DNA from: a virus | Taxonomy: Duplodnaviria > Caudoviricetes | IMG/VR virus record: IMGVR_UViG_3300025671_000186 | Span: 1 to 37,611 of that record | Direction: 5' to 3' (one strand) | Length of the DNA stretch: 37,611 bases | Part shown: in pieces, positions 10,601 to 18,522 of the stretch | Layout of the letters: each line of letters starts with the position of its first letter | Numbering within the stretch: the stretch's first letter is position 1 | Program-made: the position numbers and the translations under genes | Notes under the pieces: model-generated | What the model was told of the DNA's origin: nothing | What the model saw: only the letters and a program-made list of their open reading frames with translations | Databases searched by the model: none

Positions 10601-11937
10601 ATGGTAACGACTATGTTTACTTCATCGATCTTGAATGGGAAGCTCCAACAAGCGGGACGTTTGAAGCGTTTGAAATATATGTAAACTCAGGTCAAGGTTT
10701 TTACTTAGATGGAACAAGTACAACACTTAATTACCGTCATACCGTAGATCAAACTTTCCTTGGTGATGTTCATTCATTTAAAGTTCTCGCCGTAAGTCCT
10801 ACAGGTTCTAAACTTCAATTAGGTAACGTAAGTGCTGTTACATCAACTCCAACCGCCAAGAGTACACCGCCTAGTGACGTTGACGGTTTATTCATTAACA
10901 TCACTAACCAAACTATGCAGTTAACGTGGTCGCTTGTAGCAGACTGTGATGTTCAAAAATATCAGCTAAGATACGCTCCATCTCTGACAGCTATATGGGA
11001 ACAATCAGTTTTCTTAGTGGACATTGATAAAAATACAAATACCGCAAACGTTCAAGCTCGTACAGGTTCATACTTCATAAAAGTGATTGACTTTAATGGG
11101 AACGAATCAACTAACGAAGCGATAGCCATTACATCTATTCCAGAACTTTTCGACCTTAACGTTATCGAAGAGACAGACGACTTTCCAACACTACCTGGAA
11201 GTTTAGATCGAACTGTTGACTTCGGTGGAACTTTATTACTTGCTGAAACTGCACCAACTATTTACGAACCTGAAGGGTTCTATTTTTACGAAGACTTTTT
11301 AGACTTAGGTGATATTTTCACCGTTCGTCTTCAGTCCTTGGTAACTGCTGAAGGTTTTAGTGATGCTGACTTAATGGTTAATTGGGTGACACTCGATACG
11401 GTAGCTCAACTTGCTACCACAACTGTCGCGGACTGGGACGTTGTAACAGAATATCGAGCTAGAGACACGCCTTTTGCAATGGCGAACTGGACTTCACTTG
11501 ATATAATCGATCCGATAAGTGAAGGCGACCCTGATGATTTTACAGCATGGATACCTTTCACTATCGGAGATTTCACAGGCCGCATCTTCCAGTTTCGTGT
11601 CAGATTAATCAGTAACAATCCAGTGGTTACGCCGCGTGTCTTTGACGCTGTTATTCGATCTGACATGCCCGATAGGGACGTAAGTTTCGAGAACTTAACA
11701 TCGGTCATTCCAGGTTCTACTACTGTAACGTACTCACCAGGCTTTAAGGGACCAGGCACAACACCTGCAATTCAGATAACACAAGACAATGCAAGTCAGG
11801 GTGATTACTATGTAATTAGTAACAAAACGTTAGACGACTTTGATATTGATTTCTTCGACAAAAATGATGTTAAAGTTGTGAGACAGTTTGACGTATTGGC
11901 CAAGGGATTTGGGTTTAAATCAGGCGCTACAATTTAA
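7591..11937 (+). CDS. Tail tip/host specificity protein J with a fused gpI-like N-terminus and FN3 repeats
   Basis: 1448 aa with VPKVYG, NPAWVLADLL and CNFVLD motifs, and two FN3-like repeats (PPTEV..LEWEAP; PPSDV..LTW). Confidence 0.9.
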   Translation: MSKEIVVRKNPLSTDSKVLVVKDDATIEEMYEEVLKANKLPREGYDKYFKVYIGGHEVYRRYWKTSKPLQGKSVLFAVTPRGGEGGQIFKQVAIITITAVVAVITSPAGGAAFGTGTGAAFGSALATAGAAIGSTLLFNALIPPLNNALGFNASEADGFSNSQSFSITNQNNQSRKLRTVPKVYGTHRIFPVLAANFYLSSEADPDNNGALSNYFYAIYDFGLGPLALDQFRIGETLLSEFSQVDFRLVDLNKPGVEEGIWDQALSNNFQLYKGDVTQQSIGVAINANENNPGPPPVDDYQVVRNATPNTNSEEQEISLILNLPNGLFSVFETGAIRNSQIDLKVEFAEVGTEDYRNFDDLVFVNDFNSSLQAFNKEILANSFSNNSFTLLSTFPADKNLQASIVGNAFIFPEGLENPEASYYDIAEQSIGILKGNIYSFNISADIHVPTVGELIYINGQEMFTITFINFNGTQNAWNIITTPAKFTVTIAYDLVRTPNDPAAIFTATATQRVHTNNILEDGGSTSVMKVKSSENGIITIDNLQTPNSNVTVIFKPKTLNDVKVRLTRKNTNHNFTFQRNDALTWSILTTRFDTNPIVTTKRHVFMEVRIKATDQLNGVIENLSAIATSVLDVYDGANWSKQITQNPAWVLADLLTGEVNKRAIAQNRLDADLLKEWADFCDEIPTAPPNISTFSQPRFQCNFVLDFNTTLTQLIDRVTNAAQARLTVVDGRYGVLIDRAKTTPVQVFTPRNSNNFSSTRVYSEIPDGLRINYVDAGSGFEIRQETVFNDGFDATTAVDFDELDTFAVTNSEQAFRFGRYMLAQLKLRQETITIDVDFEHLVCTRGDYVVITQDAMRVGGVPARVINVAGNVVTIDAPFATEPATSYGYRFRNATSGVTAVATMTITDEVTATLDGLIPNVGDLIIWGEISQVTYDCIVKTVSPNRNLTATLTLVEKNDAIFDAESSVNIPDYNPQLSTIQDENLTPPTEVVNLAVTGNTFDCDGNDYVYFIDLEWEAPTSGTFEAFEIYVNSGQGFYLDGTSTTLNYRHTVDQTFLGDVHSFKVLAVSPTGSKLQLGNVSAVTSTPTAKSTPPSDVDGLFINITNQTMQLTWSLVADCDVQKYQLRYAPSLTAIWEQSVFLVDIDKNTNTANVQARTGSYFIKVIDFNGNESTNEAIAITSIPELFDLNVIEETDDFPTLPGSLDRTVDFGGTLLLAETAPTIYEPEGFYFYEDFLDLGDIFTVRLQSLVTAEGFSDADLMVNWVTLDTVAQLATTTVADWDVVTEYRARDTPFAMANWTSLDIIDPISEGDPDDFTAWIPFTIGDFTGRIFQFRVRLISNNPVVTPRVFDAVIRSDMPDRDVSFENLTSVIPGSTTVTYSPGFKGPGTTPAIQITQDNASQGDYYVISNKTLDDFDIDFFDKNDVKVVRQFDVLAKGFGFKSGATI

Positions 11938-11955
11938 TTAAACGGAGTTATATAC

Positions 11956-14900
11956 ATGGCAAGCGGATCAATCTTTTCAGACATTAACCCGGCAACAACG
12001 TCGGGTACACAATTAGCGACAATTCTAAATGATTTTAAAGATGCTGTACGTGCAGGATTTTGTACCAATGGTGGGTCAAGACCTACTAATTTAGGTACTG
12101 GTGGTTATTGGATCGACCAACAAAACGATCCGATCTGGTCTTACAAAATGTTTGACGGTACAACCGATAGAGAAATATTTCAACTTAACACCACAACTGG
12201 TGCAGTTACTATTTCATCATCTGGTGAACAATCAACTATTACTAAAATTTCCGACGATGCTTTAGGGCCAGTATTAAAGTTTTTAAAAGCTCGTACAACT
12301 GGCGATCAAACTCAAGACGGTGATTCGATTGGTGACATTGAGTTCACAGCGACTAACGATGCTGCTGGTGAAGAGTTATCGATGCGAGTTCGAGTCGTAG
12401 CTACCGATAACGCTACAGTCGGAGCGCATGGTTCAGACATGACAATTGAAGGTACTCCTGACGGTGGTGCTACAATGTCTGAGATTATTAGAGTGAAGGG
12501 CGATGGTAAAGTTGGCCTAGGTACTTCTACACCTGGCGAGAGACTTCATGTTAACGGAGCTTCAAGTAACACTAACGCTAAAATTCAAAACACTGAAGAC
12601 TCTACAACAGCACCGAAAGTTGCGTTAAAGAAAAGTCGTATTGCTGGAAGTGGACAGACTCAAACAAGTGATGAGCTAGGTAACGTTGATTTCCTTGGTA
12701 CTGATCAAAACGGTGCTGAAGTAGTCGTTGCTAGAGTCAAGTCCGTAGCTGCTGAGAACAGTACCGATACTCAACATGGTGGTACTTATGAGATTCAAAC
12801 TGTAGCAAACGGAGCAACTGCACTAGTCGCAAGATTATCAATCGACAACGCAGGTAAAGTTACAATCTCAGGTGATCTTCAGGTCGATGGAACCACTACT
12901 ACAGTTAATTCTACAACCTTGGATGTGACAGATTCCAATGTGACTCTCAATAAGGGAGGAAACGCTGCGAGTGGTGTAGATGCTGGTATCACTGTAGAGA
13001 TGAGTGATGCTACAGATGTAGTTATTGAACACAACACCGCTCTTGCTTCAAAATGGCAAGCAGGTGAACAAGGTTCTGAAGCTGAAGTAACAACTGTTTC
13101 ACACACTCAAACGTTAACGAATAAAACCATTAACGGCGGGGTTTACGATCTACTGGAAATGGTTCAACAGACGACTCCTGCCAATCCAGCAGCGGGAAGA
13201 TTTAAACTATATTTCAAGAGTGATGGGAATCTTTATAAACTCGACAGTGCCGGAACCGAAGCGCAAGTAGGCGGCGGTGGTGGCGGTTCTGCTTTAGAGA
13301 TTAAAGATGAAGGTGTCACTGTTGATGCTGCGGTTACAGAAATTAATGTAACAGGTGGTGGTGCTACGGCGGTTCAATCTTCTCCTGGGGTAGTTCAAAT
13401 TAATATCCCTGGCGGCGGCGGTAGTATAAACCTGGCAGAGCATTTTAACTTGTACTCGGCCGTAGTCACAAATAACGGTACAGCCGCTATAACAACTCAA
13501 TCGCAAACATTTGTTCAATCAGTAAACAGAACTGCTTTGGGTGTGGTGGATGTAGTTTTCACTCCAGGCTTTTTTTCTCAAATACCTACAGTTCACGCTA
13601 CTATTAACGAGCAAGATTCGAATGGTGACGAAGGTTGCTTTATATCAGCTATAACTACTTCGGGTTTCACTCTGAATACAACTGCTGATAGTGCCGCCTT
13701 TGACCAAGACTTCTCTTTTGAGTGTATGAGACAAGGGACTGATTATGATACTTCAGCTTCTAACACTAACTTCTACGGTGCCGTTATTGATAACAACGGA
13801 GCAACAGCTAGTGTCACCTCTCAGTCTCAGTCGTTTATACAGTCTGTTACTAGGACCGCTACAGGTACAGTAGATGTTGTATTTAATACTTCTTTCTTTG
13901 GTCAAGTACCTGCGGTTTACGGGTCAATTAATAACTTGGCATTGCAAGGTGATGAAGGTGTATTCTTTCAATCTGTAACGGCGGCGGGTTTAACGTATAG
14001 AACTACAGCAGACAGTATTGCACACGATGTACCTATAACCATTCATGTGGCCAGACAAGGCGCGGACTTACAGGGAAACCTAACCAATGAAGAGAGTTGT
14101 TTTGCTGCCAAGATTCAAAACAATGGAACGTCTACTATAACCTCTCAAGGTCGCACGTTCATACAAAGTGTCAGTAGAACAGGCTTAGGTGTAACTGACG
14201 TAACTTTTACTCCTGGTTTCTTTACTGCCATACCTTCACTTACTGGTGCCATAGAGCAAACAGCTACCAATGGCGATGAAGGTTTATTCATCTACAACAT
14301 AACTACTTCCGGCTGTACTTGTGAAACAACTGCTGATAGTGCGCAATTCGATCAAGACTTTACATTGAGTGCCATCCGTCAAGCTTCTGATTATATAATC
14401 CCTAGTGGTGGTGGAACTACTGTAGTTAACGTAGTAGAAGATTACTATAGGCAATCAGGTTTTGTTTCTAAAAACGGAAGTAATCAATGTTTACTTAAAA
14501 CAGTTGAGGATAATAATTCTCCGACTTTATTTACTTACACTGAACCGGGTGGAGATCATTCTCGATTTACTTTTGTTGAAGCTGCATCTTTCCATTGTTC
14601 TTTCTCAACTACTGGTGCAGACAACTCACAGTTCATTGAATGGTATAACTCAAGTGATAGTTTAATTTCTAGTTCTTCTGACAGTGTAAACAGCACAGGC
14701 GATAAAACTTGTAAGGCCTTAGTGGGTCAAGCTGATGTAGGTGATTATTTAGTTGCAGTTTCCTTAGTAAGTCCTGCTGATAGTGCCACAGATGTTAACT
14801 TCTCTCTGAAAGCTTTAGATACCGCATTAGATTCTAATGTTGAATCCATAGGTTACAATGGGTTCACTTCAAGAAACGGTGGCGGTGACGTTCTATTTAA

Positions 14901-15768
14901 AACATTGGTTCAAGATTCAGGTTCTCTTAAAGTTAGTGATTCAGCGACAGATCACACTCGTTACGAATTCACACAAATTTGTGACTTTGAGGTTATGGCT
15001 TCAACACAAGTGGTAACTAGTACAACCGTCGCGCTTATATGGAAGAACTCTTCCGATGTTGAAATAGCTAGAGCGCAAGACGGTCAACCTAACGGATGTA
15101 CTCAATTAGCAGGAAGGGCAGCAGTAGGTGATTACATAATTGTAAATATGAGTGCTAACCCTGATGATAATTTAAGAACAAGTTTTCATGTCAACGCTTA
15201 TCCTGTTAGCGATACCGCTAGAACAACTCACTTAATGATGTTTAGTGATAATGATGGTTATAACTCAAGCCGATACTTGTTACAGAATCAGATCGTAGAT
15301 ACCGCGGGTGGATTAGTTACAAAGTCTGAAACAGGCTCCTACACTAGATTCACATTCGATAGTGCTTGTAGGTTTAGTACTGGTACAAGTTATGAAGGGT
15401 CTAACCAAGCAGTAGGTCAATTTGCCGGACCTGAGCTTTACACTAGTGGTGATGTACTTAAATGGAGAGGTGTTGATAGGGGTGCTAATGGTGTTTCAGC
15501 AGGTAACATGGTCGGTTTTGCAGATGCAGGAGACTACCTAGTTTATCATAGTGATACAGGTGACTCATCTAACAGTACAAGTACAAACTTTTGGGTATAC
15601 GCAAGTAACCCCGGTACTAAAACAGTAAGCGATGGTAACGGTTTCCTTGGTGTTATTTCTTCTGACCCTGTATCTCCCACCAACGGAGAATCTTGGATTA
15701 ACAGTACCGATAAGAAACATAAGTTTAGATTCGGTGGTACTACATTTAGTTCAGCCGCATATACATAG
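11956..15768 (+). CDS. Tail fibre / receptor-binding protein built from repeated domains
   Basis: 1270 aa, G/S/T-rich, with GKVGLGTSTP and TTTTVNSTTLDV fibre motifs, poly-Gly hinges and three classes of internal repeat. Confidence 0.85.
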   Translation: MASGSIFSDINPATTSGTQLATILNDFKDAVRAGFCTNGGSRPTNLGTGGYWIDQQNDPIWSYKMFDGTTDREIFQLNTTTGAVTISSSGEQSTITKISDDALGPVLKFLKARTTGDQTQDGDSIGDIEFTATNDAAGEELSMRVRVVATDNATVGAHGSDMTIEGTPDGGATMSEIIRVKGDGKVGLGTSTPGERLHVNGASSNTNAKIQNTEDSTTAPKVALKKSRIAGSGQTQTSDELGNVDFLGTDQNGAEVVVARVKSVAAENSTDTQHGGTYEIQTVANGATALVARLSIDNAGKVTISGDLQVDGTTTTVNSTTLDVTDSNVTLNKGGNAASGVDAGITVEMSDATDVVIEHNTALASKWQAGEQGSEAEVTTVSHTQTLTNKTINGGVYDLLEMVQQTTPANPAAGRFKLYFKSDGNLYKLDSAGTEAQVGGGGGGSALEIKDEGVTVDAAVTEINVTGGGATAVQSSPGVVQINIPGGGGSINLAEHFNLYSAVVTNNGTAAITTQSQTFVQSVNRTALGVVDVVFTPGFFSQIPTVHATINEQDSNGDEGCFISAITTSGFTLNTTADSAAFDQDFSFECMRQGTDYDTSASNTNFYGAVIDNNGATASVTSQSQSFIQSVTRTATGTVDVVFNTSFFGQVPAVYGSINNLALQGDEGVFFQSVTAAGLTYRTTADSIAHDVPITIHVARQGADLQGNLTNEESCFAAKIQNNGTSTITSQGRTFIQSVSRTGLGVTDVTFTPGFFTAIPSLTGAIEQTATNGDEGLFIYNITTSGCTCETTADSAQFDQDFTLSAIRQASDYIIPSGGGTTVVNVVEDYYRQSGFVSKNGSNQCLLKTVEDNNSPTLFTYTEPGGDHSRFTFVEAASFHCSFSTTGADNSQFIEWYNSSDSLISSSSDSVNSTGDKTCKALVGQADVGDYLVAVSLVSPADSATDVNFSLKALDTALDSNVESIGYNGFTSRNGGGDVLFKTLVQDSGSLKVSDSATDHTRYEFTQICDFEVMASTQVVTSTTVALIWKNSSDVEIARAQDGQPNGCTQLAGRAAVGDYIIVNMSANPDDNLRTSFHVNAYPVSDTARTTHLMMFSDNDGYNSSRYLLQNQIVDTAGGLVTKSETGSYTRFTFDSACRFSTGTSYEGSNQAVGQFAGPELYTSGDVLKWRGVDRGANGVSAGNMVGFADAGDYLVYHSDTGDSSNSTSTNFWVYASNPGTKTVSDGNGFLGVISSDPVSPTNGESWINSTDKKHKFRFGGTTFSSAAYT

Positions 15769-15776
15769 GACTAATT

Positions 15777-15911
15777 ATGAAGACAATAGCTTTTGGTATC
15801 TTAACTACAATGCTAACAGGGTTACTCGCTTGGGCGGGTAACACTATAGTAGAGCTAGAGTCTAGGGCCACAAAGCTAGAGCTTCATAAGACCTATATAC
15901 ATAAAAAATAA
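15777..15911 (+). CDS. Small membrane protein, 44 aa (not in track)
   Basis: AGGA RBS; MKTIAFGILTTMLTGLLAWAGNTIVELESRATKLELHKTYIHKK*, one hydrophobic segment plus a short coiled coil. Confidence 0.65.
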   Translation: MKTIAFGILTTMLTGLLAWAGNTIVELESRATKLELHKTYIHKK

Positions 15912-15913
15912 AC

Positions 15914-15935
15914 GAGGGGTGTAAAGCCCCTCTTT
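15914..15935 (+). terminator. Probable intrinsic terminator
   Basis: GAGGGGT-GTAAA-GCCCCTC-TTT; the U tract is short, so it may be leaky. Confidence 0.6.
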
Positions 15936-15949
15936 AAAGGTTAACGACA

Positions 15950-16372
15950 ATGCCAAGTTTCGGTTCAAGATCACAACGTAGACTGGAGGAGCTTCACGAA
16001 GACCTCCAGTTAATTTTACTAACGGCAATCAAGCACGTTGATTTTTCAATACTCGAAGGTCATAGAGATAAAGATACTCAAAATGAATACTTTCATGCAG
16101 GTAAGTCAAAACTTAAATGGCCTTTAAGTAAACACAATAAGAAACCATCAGAAGCGGCTGACGTTCTACCTTACCCATTTGCGCAAGCTGATTGGAGTAA
16201 CTACAAAAGGTTCTATTACCTTGGTGGTATTTTAATTGCTACAGCGGAGATGCTTTACGCTGAAGGTTTGATAGAACATAAACTTCGTTTCGGTGGTGAC
16301 TGGGATATGGACGACGATTTAGATGATCAAAAATTTAATGATTTACCTCATGTAGAATTGGTGGAAGTATGA
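15950..16372 (+). CDS. Endolysin, peptidase M15 family (L-Ala-D-Glu peptidase-like)
   Basis: EGHR..Q, SKH......AAD, RFGGDW and DLPHVE zinc-peptidase motifs. Confidence 0.92.
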   Translation: MPSFGSRSQRRLEELHEDLQLILLTAIKHVDFSILEGHRDKDTQNEYFHAGKSKLKWPLSKHNKKPSEAADVLPYPFAQADWSNYKRFYYLGGILIATAEMLYAEGLIEHKLRFGGDWDMDDDLDDQKFNDLPHVELVEV

Positions 16373-16539
16373 AACATTTATGGCAAGACAGAAGGTACTC
16401 GGCGTGTATTCTAGGTATAATAGGTTTAGTGTTCCTTGGTTATACCAAGGGTACTGACGTAGGCGTTCCGTTATCTACCATCTGTATCGGGTTAGGTGCT
16501 GCGAACGCTTATCAAAAGAAGGGTGCTAATGACAAATAA
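16369..16539 (+). CDS. Putative holin, 56 aa with two hydrophobic segments (not in track)
   Basis: ATGA overlap with the endolysin; MKHLWQDRRYSACILGIIGLVFLGYTKGTDVGVPLSTICIGLGAANAYQKKGANDK*, with a basic tail. Confidence 0.65.
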   Translation: MKHLWQDRRYSACILGIIGLVFLGYTKGTDVGVPLSTICIGLGAANAYQKKGANDK

Positions 16540-17026
16540 AGCTACTTTAGGTATTTACATTGGTATAGGTTTAACAGTTGCTTTTCTAGCTGGCCGATTT
16601 TCTACACCTGAAAAAGTAAAGATCGAGAAAGTTGAAGTTGTTAAACTTGTAGAACGTGAAGACCTAAAAGAAGCAATTAAAAAAGACGAAACGAAAGAGA
16701 TAACAACTGAAGTGATCGAGAAGAAAGATGGGACAAAGATTACCAGAACTAAAACTCGAATCGTCAATAAAGATCAAACTAAAAAGTACAAAACGAAATC
16801 AAAAGATTTAAGTAGCGAGAAACGAGAGAGTAAATTAGTTGAGAACCGCGCTCGTAATCGAATCACTCTGTTAAAATTCGCACCAGAGTCGTTACGTGAT
16901 TTCAGGGAAGTAAATAGAAACTTTGGAATTATGTATCAACATGAGTTTTTTTTGAATATTCATGGCGTAATTGGTGCTAAGATTAATAAGTTCGAACCAT
17001 TTGTAGGAATAGGGATTAGTTTCTAA
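16529..17026 (+). CDS. Membrane-anchored lysis-cassette protein, spanin-like
   Basis: N-terminal hydrophobic segment, charged middle, C-terminal beta-strands ending FVGIGISF; start probably ATG 16529. Confidence 0.55.
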   Translation: MTNKATLGIYIGIGLTVAFLAGRFSTPEKVKIEKVEVVKLVEREDLKEAIKKDETKEITTEVIEKKDGTKITRTKTRIVNKDQTKKYKTKSKDLSSEKRESKLVENRARNRITLLKFAPESLRDFREVNRNFGIMYQHEFFLNIHGVIGAKINKFEPFVGIGISF

Positions 17027-17280
17027 TGAGCTTCACACCTGAAGAGACACGACAAATTGTAGCTGATATAGCGACGATTAAAACAAAGGTTGAAGGGATT
17101 AGTAATAACTTACCTGAAATTAAAAGCGATGTTAAAAAGAATACTAAGCACCGCTTTAAAGTAAATTCTATTTTGGCGTTGTTGACGTTTTTAATCCCAG
17201 TCTATCTGAAGTTTTTTCACAAACCTCACCTAGCAAAACAAGTGAAGAACCCTCCCTCAGTGTCGAGAGATAACCCTTAA
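17026..17280 (+). CDS. Small coiled-coil plus transmembrane protein (lysis-associated)
   Basis: TAATG coupling to the previous gene; hydrophobic segment SILALLTFLIPVYL. Confidence 0.6.
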   Translation: MSFTPEETRQIVADIATIKTKVEGISNNLPEIKSDVKKNTKHRFKVNSILALLTFLIPVYLKFFHKPHLAKQVKNPPSVSRDNP

Positions 17281-17395
17281 CATCGTAAGGATAAGTTTTG
17301 TACTCACCAATTTTAACCCATCTATTTTTGACTTTTTTAAAAAACTGTAAAAGCCTTTTTCTACCGCAACGATTAATGGTGTATCCTATCTCCAT
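17168..17395 (-). CDS. Hypothetical protein (uncertain)
   Basis: Start overlaps the stop region of the HEXXH gene, but the 3' end overlaps a + strand gene by 113 bp. Confidence 0.35.
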   Translation of the reverse strand: MEIGYTINRCGRKRLLQFFKKVKNRWVKIGEYKTYPYDVKGYLSTLREGSSLVLLGEVCEKTSDRLGLKTSTTPK

Positions 17396-17694
17396 TTCAC
17401 AGACTTCCCTATCGACATATAGAGAAGTTCACCGATTAAATCGATAAAAGGTTCATTATCACATAGTTCTTCTTGCCGAGCGTGATCTAACAAAGCGTGG
17501 GCATATTCATGCCAAAACGTTTGCTCGACCTGTTCAACAGCTATCTCATTACCATTGACTTGCGTTTGTACAAATATTTCATTGGAGTAACACCTGTAAA
17601 GGCCTGTACAACCTTCTTTAGGGATATTCTGGACTATTTTTACTTTGATAGTTTGGCCACCGAGTTTGACCTGTCTGGGGATATTGTAGGACAT
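17386..17694 (-). CDS. Small HEXXH zinc metallopeptidase-like protein
   Basis: TFWHEYAHALL with a downstream E; GGAGGA RBS before ATG 17694. Confidence 0.8.
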   Translation of the reverse strand: MSYNIPRQVKLGGQTIKVKIVQNIPKEGCTGLYRCYSNEIFVQTQVNGNEIAVEQVEQTFWHEYAHALLDHARQEELCDNEPFIDLIGELLYMSIGKSVKWR

Positions 17695-17786
17695 CGTAAT
17701 TCCTCCGTACCTTAATGATACCAAGGTGAGATGTGTCGGTTCTATAGGGAGTTTAAGTCAGGTATATAGTAGAGTGGTTTACTTGT

Positions 17787-17816
17787 TTGTTAAGTAATCT
17801 TTCAAGTGCGTATAAT
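17787..17816 (+). promoter_or_regulatory. Sigma70-type promoter, probably leaderless, for the endonuclease gene
   Basis: TTGTTA-N18-TATAAT; the -10 box ends 5 nt before the ATG and there is no SD. Confidence 0.5.
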
Positions 17817-17821
17817 TAGAT

Positions 17822-18205
17822 ATGTCCTATATAAACGGAAATATAGCTGAGATTCAATTCTTGCTTGAAGCTACTAAGAAAGGACTACTAATATCTAAAC
17901 CTCAATCATCCTATAGCGTTTACGATTACATTGTTGACAACGGTAAGAAGATGTTGAAGCTTCAAATCAAGTCATGTTTCCTAAACGGTCCACGATTTGG
18001 AACAAATGTATGTAAAGGTAAATCAGTTAAGAAATCGTACACTAAAGACGATTGTGACATAATAATTATATTTATTGCTAAACATTTAATCTGGTTTTTT
18101 ATACCTGTTGAGGAACTTCTCACCATTAAGAAAATTACACTATTACCTTTCGGTGATTCAAAGTGGAACAAGTATAGGGAAGATTGGGCCTCACTATTAC
18201 AATGA
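17822..18205 (+). CDS. PD-(D/E)XK endonuclease, I-Ssp6803I/PDDEXK_5-like, free-standing
   Basis: GNIAE, YDYIVD, LQIKS and Y..DDCD....WFFIP motifs; oriented opposite to both neighbours. Confidence 0.85.
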   Translation: MSYINGNIAEIQFLLEATKKGLLISKPQSSYSVYDYIVDNGKKMLKLQIKSCFLNGPRFGTNVCKGKSVKKSYTKDDCDIIIIFIAKHLIWFFIPVEELLTIKKITLLPFGDSKWNKYREDWASLLQ

Positions 18206-18279
18206 GGCGTTTATGATTGATTGTTGGTATTGTTGGTACTTATACGAAATGACTTTCCTTATTCAATACAGTGAGTACG

Positions 18280-18522
18280 TTACAGTTTAACCTTGTTAAC
18301 AATAACCTTACCGTTAACTGTCTCTTTCTTTAAAGTCCACGCTAAGTTGTAATGCTTGCACTTATCTATAATACGCCTAACACTATTTCCAATACTGATA
18401 GTATCATCGAAAGGTTTGTCATCTTCTTTGGTAAATACTACTTTACTTATCTGTCGCAAGCTCATTCGTTTCTTACCGATAGCTTTAATAATCTTCCATT
18501 CTCTCTCACTAAAATTGTTCAT
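18280..18522 (-). CDS. Small basic protein, possibly winged-helix DNA-binding
   Basis: FSEREWKIIKAI..KRMSLRQIS pattern; coupled to the polymerase stop. Confidence 0.55.
   Translation of the reverse strand: MNNFSEREWKIIKAIGKKRMSLRQISKVVFTKEDDKPFDDTISIGNSVRRIIDKCKHYNLAWTLKKETVNGKVIVNKVKL

Noticed and set aside
11956-13300. Host assignment to Bdellovibrionota from fibre motifs
   Set aside because: These motifs are widespread in aquatic phages, so the host cannot be supported without searches.
1431-14665. Numerous minus-strand and alternate-frame ORFs inside the structural genes
   Set aside because: They lie within well-supported + strand genes and show no motifs or RBS.
11956-15768. Diversity-generating retroelement acting on the fibre
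   Set aside because: No reverse transcriptase and no near-identical template/variable repeat pair seen in the window.
15632-15841. Track ORF overlapping the fibre 3' end
   Set aside because: Out-of-frame overlap; the 15777..15911 ORF has an RBS and fits the gap better.
17700-18280. Group I intron or tRNA around the PD-(D/E)XK gene
   Set aside because: Flanks are too short, with no intron core elements, cloverleaf or interrupted gene visible.
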